Positions 60,748-64,000 of a stretch of 64,000 nt of DNA are shown piece by piece. The stretch is taken from NCBI GenBank assembly GCA_964016885.1, contig OZ024747.1, positions 59,086,001 to 59,150,000 on the forward strand, written 5' to 3'. How positions within the stretch are numbered: the stretch's first letter is position 1; the number at the start of each line of letters is the position of its first letter. A program made the position numbers and the translations under genes. The DNA comes from Eledone cirrhosa. Its lineage: Eukaryota. Below the pieces are notes generated by a model. That model worked only from the letters and a program-made list of their open reading frames with translations. It did not search any database and was not told the DNA's origin.

Positions 60748-62300
60748 TGGTGGATATTGGTAGACCCATTACAACTTCGGAGAGAACCAAGTGGTCAGTG
60801 GAATTTGGTGGATATTGGTAGACCCATTACAACTTCGGAGAGAACCAAGTGGTCAGTGGAATTTGGTGGATATTGGTAGACCCATTACAACTTCGGAGAG
60901 AACCAAGTGGTCAGTGGAATTTGGTGGGTATTGGAGACCCATTACAACTTCGGAGAGAACCAAGTGGTCAGTGGAATTTGGTGGATATTGGTAGACCCAT
61001 TACAACTTCGGAGACAACCAAGTGGTCAGTGGAATTTGGTGGATATTGGTAGGCCCATTACAACTTCGGAGACAACCAAGTGGTCAGTGGAATTTGGTGG
61101 ATATTGGTAGACCCATTACAACTTCGGAGACAACCAAGTGGTCAGTGGAATTTGGTGGATATTGGTAGACCCATTACAACTTCGGAGAGAACCAAGTGGT
61201 CAGTGGAATTTGGTGGATATTGGAGACCCATTACAACTTCGGAGAGAACCAAGTGGTCAGTGGAATTTGGTGTGTATTGGAGACCCATTACAACTTCGGA
61301 GACAACCAAGTGGTCAGTGGAATTTGGTGGGTATTGGAGACCCATTACAACTTCGGAGAGAACCAAGTGGTCAGTGGAATTTGGTGGATATTGGTAGACC
61401 CATTACAACTTCGGAGAGAACCAAGTGGTCAGTGGAATTTGGTGGGTATTGGAGACCCATTACAACTTCGGAGACAACCAAGTGGTCAGTGGAATTTGGT
61501 GGGTATTGGAGACCCATTACAACTTCGGAGACAACCAAGTGGTCAGTGGAATTTGGTGGGTATTGGAGACCCATTACAACTTCGGAGAGAACCAAGTGGT
61601 CAGTGGAATTTGGTGGGTATTGGAGACCCATTACAACTTCGGAGACAACCAAGTGGTCAGTGGAATTTGGTGGGTATTGGAGACCCATTACAACTTCGGA
61701 GACAACCAAGTGGTCAGTGGAATTTGGTGGGTATTGGAGACCCATTACAACTTCGGAGACAACCAAGTGGTCAGTGGAATTTGGTGGGTATTGGAGACCC
61801 ATTACAACTTCGGAGAGAACCAAGTGGTCAGTGGAATTTGGTGGGTATTGGAGACCCATTACAACTTCGGAGACAACCAAGTGGTCAGTGGAATTTGGTG
61901 GGTATTGGAGACCCATTACAACTTCGGAGAGAACCAAGTGGTCAGTGGAATTTGGTGGGTATTGGAGACCCATTACAACTTCGGAAACAACCAAGTGGTC
62001 AGTGGAATTTGGTGGGTATTGGAGACCCATTACAACTTCGGAGAGAACCAAGTGGTCAGTGGAATTTGGTGGGTATTGGAGACCCATTACAACTTCGGAA
62101 ACAACCAAGTGGTCAGTGGAATTTTATGGGAATTTTAGACCTATTACAACCCTAGATAAAACCAAATTGTCCGTGGTATTTTGTGGTTATTGGTAGATCC
62201 ATTACAACCACTGAGAATACCTATTAGCCAATGGGTTTTAGTGGGTATTGGTAGCCAACCCATTTCAACCTCAGAGATAACCAAATGATCAACGGTATTG
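60748..62300. repeat. 57/58-bp minisatellite, about 24 homogeneous copies plus about 3 degenerate copies
   Basis: ggtgg(a/g)tattgg(t)agacccattacaacttcggaga(g/c)aaccaagtggtcagtggaattt. Confidence 0.98.
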
Positions 62301-62464
62301 TATGAGAGTAATTTACACTCAATGTTCAAATCTCAGTTAGTCTGATATTACAAATCCCTTCTTCGAAATTGCATGAAATATCGTAACAATCCTATACATA
62401 CTTCGATAGAATTCACTTTTACTCTCATTCAACGTGTAATATTTTAAGATTCACTACCCCTAAC

Positions 62465-62635
62465 GTGGTGGATTAGCAGTATTCTGAGCTAAAACCCTGC
62501 AGAGGTTAGCTTTCCTTTTCATCCTCTCGTGGTCCATAAAATAAAGCACCAGTGATACACTGGTGTCGATTTGGTCAATTTGCTCTCACAAAAAAAAAAA
62601 AATTGTTGGCCTTGTGCCTGAATCCGAAACAAATA
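62465..62635 (+). mobile_element. Deu/Nin-domain SINE, diverged
   Basis: gaggttagctttccttttcatcctctcgtggtccataaaataaagcaccag...ttgttggccttgtgcctgaatccgaaac. Confidence 0.7.
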
Positions 62636-62850
62636 TTTACTAACCTCTGATTGTTCAGTTGAATGGCCTTAGATGTGGAAACTGTTGTAGTTGAATCTGT
62701 CTTTAAAATGTCTGCAGTTGAATGTGATTTGATTTTATAATAAATTTGACTTTCTACATCCACTAATGAGTCGTCATTCCGTTAGTAAATATTTGCAATA
62801 ATACATCACAGAACAACTGTAGCATTAACGTGTTTGTATATATATATATG

Positions 62851-62957
<107 letters not shown>

Positions 62958-63041
62958 CGTGTGTGTGTGTATAAATACTCTGCACACAAGTTTTTATACA
63001 CAGACATATACATACACACAAACGTATATATATATATACAT

Positions 63042-63081
<40 letters not shown>

Positions 63082-63209
63082 TATGTATACGTACATACAT
63101 ATATGTATACAGACGTACAGTAGTATGTATATATATATACATACATGTACACATATATATATATATGTGTACTAAGAGTGAGAAATGAAATTTCATTTCA
63201 TTATTTTCC

Positions 63210-63301
<92 letters not shown>

Positions 63302-63444
63302 TATATAATTACACACATATATATATATATTATATATATATACACACATATATATATATTATATATAAAAAATATATACATAAGATATACACCCTGATCC
63401 TCTCCCTAGTATACATATATAATATATATATGTGTGTATATAAA

Positions 63445-63482
<38 letters not shown>

Positions 63483-63562
63483 AGGTTATATTTCTAGGTA
63501 AATTATATATATATATATATATATATAAGTATATATATATACACATATATATATATATATAC

Positions 63563-63741
<179 letters not shown>

Positions 63742-64000
63742 AATTACAAATACGCAGCGTTGGCAAAGTTATTGCCTTAACTTCAATCATTTATTCATGT
63801 GATAAATAAATAACATTAGAAATTAGAAAATTAAAAAAATATATATATTATTCAGATACATATAAATAAAATAAAAGATAGTTGATTTTTGTAACTAATT
63901 AATTGGTAATTAGTTGGTCTAACGTTCTAGTTTCTATGACCTCTGGTAAAACAATGGGTCAGAGAAGCAATTAGACTGTTGTGCTTGTTTACTGGAATTT

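Noticed and set aside
60748-62300. CRISPR-like array or repeat protein
   Set aside because: Units are contiguous with no unique spacers, no cas genes, eukaryotic context, and 57/58-bp frameshifts.

Overview
AT-rich, microsatellite-saturated eukaryotic DNA with one 200-N gap. The SINE families resemble octopus (coleoid cephalopod) repeats, judged from recalled consensus sequences, not a search. No host protein-coding gene can be supported; nearly all ORFs are simple-repeat artefacts. Real coding remnants are all retroelements: a 1-kb RTE-type reverse transcriptase fragment, smaller RTE pieces, and decayed Penelope-like element (PLE) RT/GIY-YIG fragments. The dominant non-trivial structure is at least seven sequence-distinct families of short PLE-derived insertions, almost all in (TA)n. 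Most share one layout: an inverted arm, an arm with a minimal hammerhead ribozyme core (CTGANGA...GAAA), and an unpaired tail. In several families the tail opens with the same bulged hairpin, ACTC-stem-loop-stem-bulge-GAGTRCT, with a covarying inner stem. Also present: about 16 Deu/Nin-domain SINE copies (some inverted), other tRNA SINEs, two hAT-type MITEs, several minisatellites and a clean 21-bp microinversion inside the RT motif.
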